A DNA stretch of 61,663 nucleotides from Basidiobolus meristosporus CBS 931.73 (GCA_002104905.1 MCFE01000532.1:1-61663); one strand, 5' to 3'; positions 13,546 through 27,089 are shown, counted from the stretch's first letter. A program made the numbers and translations. Notes: a model not told the origin generated them from the letters alone.

Positions 13546-14157
13546 CGTTATTGAATCTAGAGCAGGTTCTCTTTACGGTAAAGAGGTAAAAATGGATCTT
13601 TAAGCTTTTGGAGTGAGGTACGCGTCTCGCGCCTTTTATCAAGTATTTACAGGAAGTTAGTTTGTTGAAAATGGACTATCAACAAAGTTAGTTTGCGGAT
13701 ATCCAAAGTAGAATAACCTATCCCGAATCAATCAATCGTCTCCCATGATGATTTAATAGGACATGATCAAAAAATTCATAATATGGTGACATGTATTGGA
13801 CGAGGCAACATCATCCACACCCCCTCATCTGCTGAACTTGATGCCAATAATATCTTCAACCCCGTATAACCCAAAATTAGTGGATATCTCCACCTCCCCT
13901 GCTCCAACAAGTACTATTCTACATAATAAGGGTGCTGCCCCTTTACCAAACTAAACCATCATTTTAAACAAATTATAGTTGTTAGCTACAAAGAACCCAA
14001 TTGAACATGCGCTAATGGACCAATCAGTAGAAACCTCGATTCCAACCAAGTGCGTAAAAATTGAGCATATGTGAAGCTTTTTTTTTTTGAAATTTTATAA
14101 AGCCTTTCAGTGCATACGAGGAATGCTTTGGCGCATATACTCGCGAACTGGTCGACA

Positions 14158-16413
14158 ATGGAGCAGGATAAAAATACCGACATAACACCTACAGTTAGCG
14201 AAACAAGCACTCCTAAGCCAGAAGACATGGCTGCCGAGCCATTGCCTTCCCCTTTATCCGAACCTCCAAAACAAAGGGAAAAAGGCATTGCTCCAATCAA
14301 GCCTGAGTATGCATTTCGATTGTATCATTGATGTTTTACCGCAGCGTGACTAAATACTGAGACATTAGATATCTTGTGAGCAATAAGCCTCAAGAGAGCT
14401 CGCAAAAGGTCACTGAGGAAAGAGTCTCCGAGCCTCCGAAAAAACGCATGCGTGGTCAGAACAAGGGTCGTGAGAGCCGAGTTCGCACCGATGATGAAGT
14501 TCAAGTAGGCCATATTTACTATCAGCACATTCCTATTGATATTAACCTGTATCTCCAAAGCTGTGCAACTTCATAAACAAAAACCAAGAATGCCCACACG
14601 GAGAGAGGTAGTTATTTTAACGTCGCAGTAGCGAGGCGCCCTTTTTAATGACCCCATCTATATCATAGTTGCAAGTACACTCATGATGTGAAAGCTTATA
14701 TGGAGGCTAAGGGTAATGATATTGGTGACAAGTGCCCTCATTTCGAAAACTACGGATCGTAAGCTATATCACTGATACACATCAAGCCAGATACATATAG
14801 TAACTATTATCGATTCTACCAGTTGCCCATACGGCTATAAATGCAGATTTGCCAAACATCACGTCACCGACGACCTGAAGCTCATTGTCAAGCCAGATTA
14901 TGATGTAACTTCCTCTTCTACCTCTTTGTTACCACCCACATTTTGACAAAGGTATCGTAGGGATCCTCCTACAATGATGAGGTAAAGAATACTATTTCTC
15001 GCGAAACCCAGAAGAAGTTGCGTTTGCGTCAGGTATGTCAGATGTATCTCATTGTCAACAAGCTGCCGTTATACTTACATTCTCAACAATTTGAATAATT
15101 ACAGTATGAATTCCCAAAATCCACCATCTATCTCAAGGAGTTGGAGGAACAAAAGCCAAAGGATAACGAGCCTGTAGCAGAGAAATCTGAAGAAGCAAGC
15201 ACTGATGGACAGGCGAAATCAGAGCAGGTCGATCCTGAAGAGTTCCGTGATACACCTGATGTTCCTTTGCGTGGAGTCGAAAAGAAGAAAGTAGACTTCC
15301 GTGGTAAAACCTATCTCGCACCCTTGACCACAGTAGGAAACTTGCCATTTAGACGAATCTGTAAAGAGTTCGGTGTCGATATCACATGCGGAGAAATGGC
15401 CATGACATCCAATTTGCTACAAGGGCAACAAACTGAATGGTCTCACATGAAGCGTCACAAATCAGAGGATATATTTGGTGTTCAAATATGCGGCAACAAA
15501 CCGGAAACTCTCGTTAAAACAGCCGAGGTCATCAACAATGAATTGGATGTCGACTTCGTTGATGTGAACTGTGGTTGCCCCATCGATATCGTGTTCAAAC
15601 GAGGCGGTGGTAGTGGTCTATTGACTAACGCAAACAAGCTTGGCAAATGCTTAAGAGGAATGAACAGAGTGTTGGACTGCCCTCTTACTATCAAATTCCG
15701 TATGGCCATCGTAGATAAAGACCCCATTGGCCACAAGTTAGCACCCAAATTCCAGGAATGGGGATGCGCTTTGGGTACTTTGCATGGAAGATCCAGACAA
15801 CAAAGATACACAAAACTTGCCGATTGGGATTACATTGAGAAGTGCGCAGGCTTGTTGGATGAGATGCCATTGTTCGGTAACGTATGCCCCGCTCTTATGT
15901 TAGCCTTATCATAACTAACAGTGCATCCGGTATTGTCTAGGTAACGGTGATGTTCTTTCTTGGGAGGAGTACCATCAAAACGTCTCGCGTAAAGGAGTTG
16001 CCGGAATTATGATCGGGCGTGGCGCACTAATCAAGCCATGGATCTTTGACGAAATTCAGACCAAAAGACACTGGGATATTTCTGCAAATGAACGTTTCGA
16101 TATTATGAAGAAGTTCTGCAACTATGGATTGGAGCACTGGGGATCTGACACCTTGGGTGTTAACACCACTCGTAAATTCTTCCTCGAGTGGCAGTCGTTC
16201 TTGTACAGGTATATTCCTGTTGGACTTCTTGAAGTCCTTCCCCAAAAAATCAACGAAAGACCACCACCCTTCGTTGGCCGCAACGACTTGGAAACCCTCA
16301 TGGCCAGTCCCAACGTCAGCGATTGGGTGAAGTTGAGTGAAATGATCCTTGGACCAGCACCAGACAACTTCAACTTCCTTCCCAAGCACAAATCGAACTC
16401 CTATGAAGGTTAG
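14158..16413 (+). CDS. DUS3: tRNA-dihydrouridine(47) synthase with CCCH zinc fingers, multi-exon
   Basis: [62 protein letters not shown] and [10 protein letters not shown] motifs; CCCH finger exons at about 14650-14870. Confidence 0.95.
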
Positions 16414-16599
16414 AACCCACCGCACTTCTACCCAACACCCCATTTCAATATACGTCAGCTATGTTTACCGTCACCGAAAAATGTATCAAGCTTTGTTTAT
16501 TTGTTTGCTGTCTTTTACTGGGTTGACTGTTAGAAATGAACCATGATATATTGATGGATCGGATGCTCCGGAATTATGTTGTCCAAACACCATTCGATG

Positions 16600-19500
16600 C
16601 GCGAGGTCGTATTCTAGAAAGATCCTCATGTTTGTGTCAAGAAGGGGAGTGTGTTGATCACCCTCTAACTTCCAAGCACCTCCAGACTTCGTGAAATATT
16701 TGCAAGTGATGAATCGCCAACACTTGAGGAAAGTTGGGATACGAATTAATCAGAAATACTACGGGTCTACGGGCTAGTTCGAAGATAGATCCTCAACAAG
16801 CTCAATTCTACAGGGAGGGGTATCTATTATGATGGATTTCAGATTTGATAACATAGAAAGGCTTAGATATCTCATTGAAAAATATACACGTTGGTCACTC
16901 TGCACTTTTGGTTATTCAGGTTGCGAATGTGTGACAAGTCTCCTCGTTCGTAATGTTCAAGTGGACGGCTTCATATATAACAGCTGGTGTATCAGTTTGC
17001 CATACCATCTCCAATCCAGCCCAGACAAAGTTCAGCTCGACGTACTGCTGGTAGTGATGGAAGAAATGATTTGCTTAATTGAATTGGTATGAAAAATACT
17101 AATAGTAATGTTACTGTTTTAGTGCTTAAATTTTAATGCTATTCATTGTATCTTAGATTAAATATTCATCTTATGATTCTACATGATCAATTGTGTGTAA
17201 ATGACACTGCATCTAATAGCACATATTGGAATGGAATCCCCTGGGCCCATTGATGCCAGTTTGTGAGATTTTCATTAGTAACCAATATACTTGATGGTAT
17301 AGTGTCTACTGCCTCTAGGTATCTTCTGTTGAAAAAGAGAGCCATTATAAAGGCCTTAAATGCTCTCCAAACTTCCAGGGAAGTCTAGCAAAAAAATCAT
17401 ATTCCCTTGTTACACTTGCATGTTACAGGCACACATTGCGCACAAAACTAGGGACCTAGCTTTAATGAACATCACACAAATCTTCTAGTTCTTCAAATTA
17501 TTTCCTATTCTCAGCAATATCTTGCAACATTGCAAACTTTGGCTCACTTTTTGGCCACGAATTCCGCCTAAATGCTCGGATTAGATTATATGTGATTTGA
17601 AGTAAGAGCTGGCGTTGAGAAGAAAATTGGTAAACTTGGAGGAAAACTTGTCTTACATATGGATATATTACAGAAAAAGTTTTTTTTAAATGTGAGGATC
17701 CTTTCAATATTTCCAATATTCTTGACAATTGCAAGATTAGCCAGTGTTCTACTAAATATTGATAGCTATAAATTCCAATATAGTGTAGGTACTCAAGTCT
17801 GATTGATTTCTCACCATTGGAGAGCAAACTATTTACCACTATTTAGATGTGTTGCCTGCATCATGCCCGGCACCTGTTCCCAGGCAGCTCGTACCCACGG
17901 CATCGATATCCTTTGCAAGCACACAAACATCTCGATCCATCCATGGCTATATGGTCACTTTGGAATGGTTGCGGTTGCGGTTGCGGTTGCGGCTGGTGGC
18001 CCCTCTGGAGTGCTGATACACTTGCTGGAAAATCAGGAATATTGGGCAATTTCGAAGTCACCAGCCTGAGATCGTGACTACGATGACATGGCACTTGGAT
18101 GTTTGAAGATACCAGCACATTCTGCGGGGCCCTTGCATAGGCGCTGCTAGGGAATGAACACCGTGCAGGTGATCCCCAGTACAAACTGGCGGCCTTCCAA
18201 CCGGGTATCTAAACGGGAACACATCACACTGCTCCAAAGCAAATGAGCAGTTTATGAAACTAAATGCCTGCTCAATCTCTGCCGTAGTTACTCGAGCCCC
18301 AAAGTAACCAATCAATCCGCCCGTCTTCCATCCCAACAGGCTATTTAGTATTCCCCCGGTTGGAGCACTAAAATATAAGAACCTTTCAAGACAGCGAACA
18401 ATTAATTTGGCTAGTTTGATCTCTAATGATGAAATCCGATGACTGACCGAATAGCCAAGAGCTCAGAACCAGTCCAATGGTTGCAGCTATCCTTTGAGCT
18501 GGTGGCAATTTGTATCCACAAGTGGAATCAGTCGCCCATCAGAACTGTTTACCGACACGCACTCCTATACCATGTTGAGACGTCACCCTAGTTTGTTTCG
18601 TAATTGGCGCCAAGATTTCAATATCGAATATCACCGATGACCGTGGAATGCCTTGACAAATACCTCCAGGCAATACAGTTGGATAGTCTTGATCACGCTG
18701 GCTCACCATGCCCTCAGCCATCACCGTTTCGGAGAGCCTTGATATCATTTGCTACAGGAGCCGGAGATATTTACTAAACAAACAAATATTAATTATGGGA
18801 CCGCTTCTGGTTACAACCGGTTCTCTGTGGTTGGCCCACCAAATGTGTGATGATTATCTCACTACAATCAACAAAATAGGGTGTCTGATGTGAAACAAAA
18901 TACGCGAGTATAAACCACGATGCGGTGCCGCAGGTCACACTAGGACACATCAACGTGCAAGTGTTTGAACTTTCGCCGACCAAGGTATCGGAAAAAGTCC
19001 ATAAGGATCACGTCAAGTTGGTAGGTATCATCCGGCATGGTTTCAATACTTATTAATAGAATTGAAACAAGAGCACCATTGGCGATTCTTGATAGATCTG
19101 ACGTTGGTACCCTTTCCATTAGTGGGGTGACTAAACTGGTTCATTAGCTGGGCTCCATTGCTACGTGACACGGAGGAAATTGGGCTTAACATTCCTGGCC
19201 ACTGCCCAACTAGGTTTGAGATCCCAATGAGCGCAAATCTGAGGTGTTTTAATAAACTGCCTGAAATGGCTACGGTGCAATAGAAACGGGAAAGTGGAAA
19301 TCTGATTCCCAACGTTACTCAATCCATCGCCTAAAGACCAATATGGAAATCGAAGGCTACATGGAGCGTTTTTGCTTGATGAGAATCAGCTGCTACCAAC
19401 GCCGACCATCTAGCGGGCATCCTCTCCCATATCTTGGACAACCTTTATGCAGTATTGATAGCTCACTGGGCGTTGGGTATATTTAGCTGCGGGAGGTGTA

Positions 19501-20450
19501 ACAGAAACTCAAGTAGAAGATCGCCCTGCAACATTTTGCGACATTGATGCAACTGTCGAAAACCTCTGGACTCACTCAGGTGGCGACCACAACATCGCGG
19601 AAGCACCAATCACATGAGGCTCCACTACAGGGCATACCAAATAGGGCAACACAGTGCTGGTCTCATTAGGTTGATAAAAATGGTGCGTATGTTGGTTCTA
19701 CTCAATCGGAATAGCCCACCAAACAGAACAAATGCTCGGCCAATAAAGCGATATAGAGGTTGAATTTCGCGAATTCGAACTCGAGAAATCCGTTTTTATA
19801 TTTTTAGAATTCCGACCAGTTTAGCTGACGCTGAATTGACTATGCGCACCTACGCCAGACACTTCGCCATTGCTGGGGCGATGGATATCTTTAGATAGAA
19901 CCCGATCAAATGCAGGGTTGGGCTCTGCTGCAGAAGCTTCCAATCACTCAGCTGACGAGCCAGCGTGAGCTGAAAGCCGCCCTCCTCTGAGCTGACCATC
20001 AATCGGGGAACATGATCTGTACTGAAGAGTATGGACACAGAAAGCATTGGTGATTAAGGCCGCGCCTAATTCCGATGTTGTCATGGAAATGCCAAGAAAC
20101 TAGTGCGCAGACATGAATGATGTTCACAAGCTACTGGGTTTAGGCAACTGATAGGTGCATGTGAGATTTTACATGGAATTACATAACCTCGGCGATGTAT
20201 TACATACTGTGAAGCACGGCTGGCGAATCATACCTCATCTCTAGCACCAGGCGTGGGTTCACTCAATGGAAATGAACTTCATGAGAGTATTTCTTAAAAC
20301 CCTACTGTTTAGGATTGAATTACCCCAATCTTCCTCTTGACCAAATCTTCATCTAGCAAAATGATACGTTTGTTGATCCTCAATAGGGCCAGTGTATTAA
20401 AGTGTCAGGTCAGTCAGATTCCAAATCATTCGATCAACTGATGCCTATTC
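16600..20450 (-). mobile_element. Degraded L1/Tx1-like LINE relic (endonuclease, RT and C-terminal remnants); boundaries approximate
   Basis: In LINE order on the minus strand: LG*FN (~20330), PTPSEL...GRGCPLDG (~19430), GICQGIPRSSVIFDI (~18650; cf. GVRQGCPLSPLLFNI), QF*WATDSTC (cf. YADDLTC) and FGQSS (~18450). Confidence 0.5.
17777..18216 (-). repeat. ~440-bp repeat, copy 1 (inverted relative to 25330-25780), containing a (GCGGTT)n microsatellite
   Basis: The reverse complement matches 25330-25780 with about 11 substitutions plus one indel in the hexamer tract (manual alignment). Confidence 0.92.
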
Positions 20451-21010
20451 CTGGTGAGCCTCCCAGATAACGTGATTTACTCAATCAATTCAGTAACTAG
20501 GTTTCCGCTCCTTAGCCAACCATTCGCTCTGCTCGCCTACTGCACCTCCTTACGTGCCACTGCTTGTTGTTATTGTCTACATGCCTCTCAGCTACCATCT
20601 TTCTTTCAATAATCCTAGTACATGCCAGTTTCATACTAGAGCGGACGTGGTAACGCTTTATACTCGCTTTCTTGCGATAACCACTTTTATCTCCGTAAAC
20701 AATCAGTAACATTTGATTGAGGAGCTGCACTATTTGTACACCAATATATTATCGCTTATTGAGTAAGAGTCTCATCAAATTTAATGGCTATTGCAGTTAT
20801 CATTCCAAATCTGGTAATTGAGAATGAGATATCTATTCGCTCATCGGAATCCACATTTTGTTCTCATTATTCTTAAATTGTCTCCTTCGGGTTATATATA
20901 TATATGTGTATATATTGCCTGTTAGGTTGCCATTTACCGTATTTACTTTTTTTGAGCTTTCCTTCCCTGTTCCTTAAATTTGTCGTTTCTTCTCCTTTAA
21001 ACATTGACAC

Positions 21011-23005
21011 ATGAGTAGGAACGAAGCAAATTACTGGAACTTTCTCCACTTGTGTCGGTCTGTTCGGTTGGTACAGGAGGACGACTTTTTACGGTTGTCA
21101 GAATGGACTGATACTCCATCTTTGCCTTTACATGATCACAACCATTCGAACAGTAATTCATTATCAAGAGGCACAAGAGGTAGAGGTACTTCCATATCTG
21201 TGCATACCTCCGGGCCCACCTTCCAACTTACTTTCAAAGACTCTGAGGAGAGTGAAAAAAAGAAATTCGATGATCCCGTCCAAGGGTTCTTTTCGAGTGC
21301 ACACTTTCGGTCCCAAGCCTTTGACATACCACCTTCCACCAAAGTCCCGTTTTTAGACGAGAAGATAAACCCTAAACGGAAGCAATATCGTATCCTCGCG
21401 TTGTGGCCTTTACCCGTGGTCACCCGTCACCTTATTTTACTCTCCTTCTTCCTATCTCTACTGAACGCGTTCGGCGTGCTACCTACAAGGTCTTGCTCGG
21501 CGCCTTCTTTCGTGCTGTATCGCAAGGAGTTTTTGAGCTTGCTTCTCTCTCCTTTCATCATTCCTATTTCGCCCGTTGGTCTCCTTATCTCTGGACTTAA
21601 TTTTCTCACGCTTGGTCTCTTTGAAGAGTCGTTGTCTCACTTCTTGGGCGGGACAAAACGCTTTCTTATCACCTTCATTAGCCTGTTGGTTGGAGTCAGC
21701 ATTGTGAGGCAATTTATAGGCTATCTATTTTCTCGAGGAACTGGTTGGGCGCTTCCAATCCTTTTCTTCAGCGATTCACTGCATGAATGTAGTCAAGGTA
21801 AGTCAGTCCAGCACAGCGGTCATCCTGATGCAGTATTAACCCCCGTTAATCTAGGACTCTCACCATTCTTGTTTTCCATGCTGGTTTTCCAGTCCGTCAA
21901 TCTTCAGGATAAATACATCTTGTATTATGGAGAAGATGTCGACACTCGCATGAAAGTTCCCAAAGTGTGGATCCAATTGTTCATGTGCATGCTGAATTTC
22001 CTCCCAAGAAACTCCTTCTGGTGGAGTACGAGCGGACTCTTAGTAGGCTTCATTGCTACCATGAGCTCGTATTACACAATCAAGCGTCAGAAGGTCCGGA
22101 AATATTTCCCGAACACCTTGCAAAATTACTCTGCAGCCTATTTGAGGCATTTGTTGTTCAAAGCATTGAAGCAGAGTGTTTACGTACTGGGAATTGCCGC
22201 AATTATTCTAGTCGCTTGCAATGTGTTCTATACTAGACCAGTTCAAGTAGATCCAGAGGCTTTGACATCTATCAGCGAGGACCGCTATCTTATGACCTTC
22301 CTGGTGATGACTGCTCCGCGCCCCGGAGAGCCAGATTTCCTCACCAACACCATCGAATCCTACCTATCGCATTTCCCTGCCGAGCCAGCCCTGGAATCAT
22401 TCTATTCTAGGATACAAATGGTTGTATACACACACTTCAGCAACCATTCTGCCTTCGATAGAGCAAAGGCGGCATTCGAGAACACCCGCAAAGGCCAGAG
22501 ATATATCAAATGGGTTCAAGAGCCAGGTACAGAAAAGAACCAACGACTACATTTCTCAAAAGCTATGAAGATGGTGAAGGAGACTTACCAAACGTCGTAC
22601 ATCGAGATCGTCGAGGACGACTTCCCTCTATGTAAGGACACATGGCCTGATTTCCTTAGAGTACTCTATCACGCCAACAAGCACGTTCCAGAGCATTGCG
22701 GAGCATTCGTTGGCACTGGTGGCAGTGGATTGATTTTCAAGCAGCACATTGTTGAGAAGGCTTATGAATTACTTCTCACTGAAGATCCAGAAACTCCACC
22801 AGATATCATTCTACAAGATTGCCTCTTGGGTGTCCACCCAAAATGCCAAGAATGTAGCCAAACTCTGGTCATTTCGAAGAGTTTACTAATGCATCACGTT
22901 GGTTTCAATACAAGCACCAGCGACGACAGGGTCTACAACTCCGACGAGTTCCAATGTGGTTGGAGACACCCCTTCAACGGTGAGCAAAGCACCATCATTG
23001 TGTAG
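21011..23005 (+). CDS. Multi-pass rhomboid-superfamily-like (TMEM115/DUF1751-type) N-terminal domain fused to an MGAT4/GT54-like glycosyltransferase domain
   Basis: 664-codon ORF with a probable in-frame 57-nt intron at 21798-21854 (GTAAGT...TTAAT.CTAG). TM helices LPVVTRHLILLSFFLS...NFLTLGLFEESL...GGTKRF; luminal domain FLTNTIESYL, YIEIVEDDFPLC, FVGTGGSGLIF, HHVGFNTS. Confidence 0.75.
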   Translation: MSRNEANYWNFLHLCRSVRLVQEDDFLRLSEWTDTPSLPLHDHNHSNSNSLSRGTRGRGTSISVHTSGPTFQLTFKDSEESEKKKFDDPVQGFFSSAHFRSQAFDIPPSTKVPFLDEKINPKRKQYRILALWPLPVVTRHLILLSFFLSLLNAFGVLPTRSCSAPSFVLYRKEFLSLLLSPFIIPISPVGLLISGLNFLTLGLFEESLSHFLGGTKRFLITFISLLVGVSIVRQFIGYLFSRGTGWALPILFFSDSLHECSQGKSVQHSGHPDAVLTPVNLGLSPFLFSMLVFQSVNLQDKYILYYGEDVDTRMKVPKVWIQLFMCMLNFLPRNSFWWSTSGLLVGFIATMSSYYTIKRQKVRKYFPNTLQNYSAAYLRHLLFKALKQSVYVLGIAAIILVACNVFYTRPVQVDPEALTSISEDRYLMTFLVMTAPRPGEPDFLTNTIESYLSHFPAEPALESFYSRIQMVVYTHFSNHSAFDRAKAAFENTRKGQRYIKWVQEPGTEKNQRLHFSKAMKMVKETYQTSYIEIVEDDFPLCKDTWPDFLRVLYHANKHVPEHCGAFVGTGGSGLIFKQHIVEKAYELLLTEDPETPPDIILQDCLLGVHPKCQECSQTLVISKSLLMHHVGFNTSTSDDRVYNSDEFQCGWRHPFNGEQSTIIV

Positions 23006-23549
23006 CGCAAACACCCACCACACCGACACGCCCTACACCCTACCCACCTGGTGGAAGCCTATCGACATCGACACCTTGGTTTTTGTCCGCCTCGCATTTT
23101 TACCCACTTCTCTTTGTATATCTATTTTCAACGTTCTTCCTCTGGTATGCGTACATCTTTATGAACTTAATTTAATCAATCGACGCCAAGATTGCTTGGC
23201 GAGAAATTATGTATACACATCGCCAGCAACATCTTTATCATATCTACACGTCACCCCCATCCTCTACCCAATATATTTATTCGACCGCTTTATTTCTAAT
23301 CCGATTCTTGGTGGAGTCGTTGGTAAACAGACGAAGTCTAGAGGATTTCTAGTTTTTGGTTGCCACACCCACAATTACATATTCCCCGTTCCATATCATC
23401 AAATTTATCACCCATATAAACCCAACACCACACGAACACAATAAACTGCCCTTTTGATCCAATCATAAGCCATTGCCAAGAGCGGCAATGAGGCGAGACC
23501 AATCGAAACCTGCACCATATGCTTTGTGCACATTAATATGGTGAGAGTT

Positions 23550-25780
23550 GGCACCGTTTCCATGTATGGTGTGTGTATACAAAGGTATTGGTAAGGTGGG
23601 ATGCAGTGTATTGTGATTATGGCATATCGACCAATTATCTATGATTCGCAGCATCCTCTCCCATGTGCAAGCCTAATCCGAGGGGAGATCTTGTAGATTT
23701 TCTATTTCTACCGCCATGCCCCATTGGCTAATGATAGATTGCTCTGATTGGACATGATGACTTCTCCATTGCGCCGACAACCTTGGCCATGGTAAGTGAT
23801 ACAAGCATTGTGGTCGGTATGTGTGGCTAGGACGTCTCCCCACACCTACATGTTATATATGTCCATATAATTGATTCCCATGGTTTTGATATAAGGCAAT
23901 TCAAGTTGCTCCTCATGAATCAGACCACCGAACACAGATTCCAAATATCAATGGATGTAACATTGCGATTAGAAGGGCTTACTGAGCCATAGAGTGAGGC
24001 CAGTTGGCCAGGGACAAGGTTTCAAATTCATTCCCCATCGGTTACATTATCTCACTTGCCATTCATCAGTGTTCGGATAGTCCAGTAATGTTCAGGCACT
24101 TGCCATGGTTGATTTGAATCCGTTGTATCTCGTCAATATGAAAAAGCGTCAATCTGATCACTTAGAATCAAGGCCTAGGATTTACAATCTACTGCACGTT
24201 TGGTGTGCCACATGCATCTGGAACACCAATCATCGTAGAGCCTCGCAGGGTGGTAATGACATCACACTCCCCCTTGTGCCTGGCATGGAATGGAGTGCCT
24301 CGAACATGTTGCTTGACATATATTCAGATGTTGCATAAATCTGAGCCCGGTTTACTGTTTACAAAACGCGTGCGGTCAGTATTTCGTAAGAAATGCTACT
24401 TCGTGATGTCGCCTATCCGAAACACGTGAAATCGTATGCGTGGTCGTGTCAAGATCTCACTCCCCCACATCAAATCGTATCGAATAATCGGAATGGGATT
24501 CATGTTTGCCACATTCCTCAAAAGGCCTGATCGGATTTTGGTTTTGGGGATTTGTCCATTCAACACCAATAATGCATTCCAATTCTCTCACCTCTGAAAA
24601 TATCGGCCGAGAATGGATTTCGGAGCGCTGAATTGATTCAGGTCGAAGGATGCGTGTGCTGGGGTTGAGGCTTGTGACCTCCTGCCTCGACATGCGTGGA
24701 TTTTTGTACCTTTGTTGCAAACGATCAATTTGGCTTGTTGATGAAAACACTGGGTCAGATGGAAGCTGCATATTATTTAGGATTTGTGTCGAAATCATAT
24801 GGTTACTGTTTATGGTTTGGATGATCTGATATCAGTTGGTCAATAAACATATATATTTGGATTTATCGCGTTTCTCCAGCTTAATAGGACGAACAATGGC
24901 TCGTAAATTGGGGCGAGTTCGGATATTCTAGCAACCGTAGCAGGGCACGATATCTATGATGCTAAGGCGGTCTTCGAGGCAAGAATAGGTATTTCAAACG
25001 ATACACATGCTAGGTTTTACAATGCTCGGCCATTTCTATTATCCGCTGAAGAGTTTGTCGATAATTTTTCGGCTAATGGCTAAGTGCATTTCGATCGAAT
25101 TGGCCGAGATATCACGGAGCTGACTATTTCGAGGGTTTTCAGCATCATTTCATGTTACGATTATCTAGAGATGAGTAGATGTTTCATTTAGGCCTTTATT
25201 GGGTGTTTTGGCATTAGGAATGCTAATACCTCCAATGCTTAGATTTACAGTTCCTTGTAGATAAGATAAAGATCCATGATTCTGCTCCTGTTGCTAACTG
25301 CTACCAACTATTGTACCTAATTGTTCATGCCGTTTGGATACCTGGTTGGAAGGCCGCCAGTTTGTACTGGGGATCACCTGCACGGTGTTCATTCCCTAGC
25401 AGCGCCTATGCAAGGGCCCCGCAGAATGTGCTGGTATCTTCAAACATCCAAGTGACATGTCATCGTAGTCACGATCTCAGGCTGGTGATTTCGAAATTGC
25501 CCAATATTCCTGATTTTCCAGCAAGTGTATCAGCACTCCAGAGGGGCCACCAGCCGCAACCGCAACCGCAACTGCAACCGCAAACCAACCATTCCAAAGT
25601 GACCATATAGCCATGGATGAATCGAGATGTTTGTGTGCTTGCAAAGGATATCGATGCCGTGGGTACGAGCTGCCTGGGAACAGGTGCCGGGCATGATGCA
25701 GGCAACACATCTCAATGGTGGTAAATGGTTTGCTCTCCAATGGTGAGAAATCAATCAGGCTTGAGTACTTATACTATATT
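23550..25780 (+). mobile_element. Degraded LINE relic(s), RT remnants; boundaries approximate
   Basis: PNPRGDLVDF...CPIG* (cf. PKKGDL...RPISL), LLLMNQTTEHRF (cf. LLLDQEKAYDRV) and QCSDSPVMF (cf. QGDPLSPLLF). The right end is the near-identical partner of the relic at 17.8-18.2 kb. Confidence 0.45.
25330..25780 (+). repeat. ~450-bp repeat, copy 2 (inverted partner of 17777-18216)
   Basis: Direct sequence match; the ORF track shows near-identical peptides at 17803-18184 and 25311-25754 on opposite strands. Confidence 0.92.
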
Positions 25781-26481
25781 TGGATTGAAAGCCATCCGCT
25801 CTTTCCCAGGAATGATGTCTTTATTTATAACCAAAAAGTCAGATTCAGAAGAAGTGCATCATTCTGATTCACTGTTTTCAAGTCAAACATTGTGTTGCAA
25901 GGACAAAGTCCCACAATGAATAGCATAGGATCTAAAGCATGTCTTTATTCCCAATGGAGTACTCCCATTAATATTGGCCTTGGAGCTGTTGTAATTGGTT
26001 AAAGACCTAACTCTTCACATACCATGTTTCATACTTGATTACTATCTTGATTGAACTTCTACTTAGAATTAATCCAGGAGAACTCATTTATCAATGCCTA
26101 GGTGTTGTAGAGTTATGGGAACATCAAAAGATGGTTATTAAGGCTATCTGATAGCTCCTCTTCATATACAATGTGTTGGCCATATGTTTTGGAAGTGCAT
26201 CAAGAAGATAAAAATCACTGCATCCATGTCAACATCTAAATCCCCAGTAATATGTTCCCAATGCTATTAGCTGGAACTATTGATAACGTTCTAGTTTCTA
26301 AGCTTGCCCTATGACTGGGATATATAGTTTGCATCTACTCCTGAGCATTTACATTGATCTAGTACTTGCATTAAAGTATAAAAGGACAATTTCTGATATG
26401 AGGACTGAACTGCATTCAAAATTGGCACAGGTAGCAAAGTACAATTCCATCCTGTCAATACTGACTGTAGCAGCAAAATAT

Positions 26482-26829
26482 TGCTGTAAGTGTTTTGGAG
26501 ATACTGGAAGTGATTGGGAGAACCAGTAGATTATTGGGTTTCCACTTCATGATTTATTGAATGCAAAGGATGTATCAGTACTTTTGCATAGTCTTGGCAA
26601 AGCAAACATGTGAAATATGCTTAGAAAGGCTTCAAGAACATGTGTGCAAAGTTTGGGGCTGTCTTGACAACTTTGAGAATTTTATATTCAGGTTATCTGA
26701 TGATTTGGTGAAAATATTTTGAGTAAATGCCAACAAGGGATTTGGTCAGTATTCTCTAAGATTTGTAGGAAATGATCAAAATGACTAATTTAAGTGAATA
26801 TTTAGGTGGAACTACAAACTTTTATAACA
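26482..26829 (-). mobile_element. Old, complete LTR relic A of the Copia family
   Basis: 348 bp, TG...CA termini, colinear with the reverse complement of the 31408-31757 LTR but clearly diverged; no TSD found (aatat vs tttag). Confidence 0.8.
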
Positions 26830-26832
26830 TTT

Positions 26833-27089
26833 AGTAGTATTTATACCTTTACATGGTCTTAGCAAAACAAACACACAGAATCTGTATAGGAAGGGCCCAA
26901 GAACATGTGTGCAATGTATGAGGGTGTTGGGACAACTTTAAGAAATTTCATGTTCTGGGTACCTGATGTCTTGGCAGAAATATTTCAAGTAGGTCCCAAC
27001 AAGGAGTATTGTAGGAATTCTCTAAGTTTTGTAGGTAATGATCTAGGTGACTAAGTGAGGTGAATATATAGGTGCAATTAAAAATATTT
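26833..27089 (-). mobile_element. Truncated LTR relic B, interrupted at its tip by the Copia insertion (last bases resume at 31763-31768)
   Basis: Homologous to the LTR from the TATA-like box onward. Removing the Copia and one TSD copy rebuilds ...ggtgcaattaaaaatattt-accaca, matching the LTR terminus ...ggtggaactacaaatttatacaaca. Confidence 0.7.

Noticed and set aside
17777-25780. Composite or foldback transposon carrying the GT54-like gene between long TIRs
   Set aside because: No target-site duplication; weak homology continues outward past the repeat ends; the repeats lie within LINE-like sequence.
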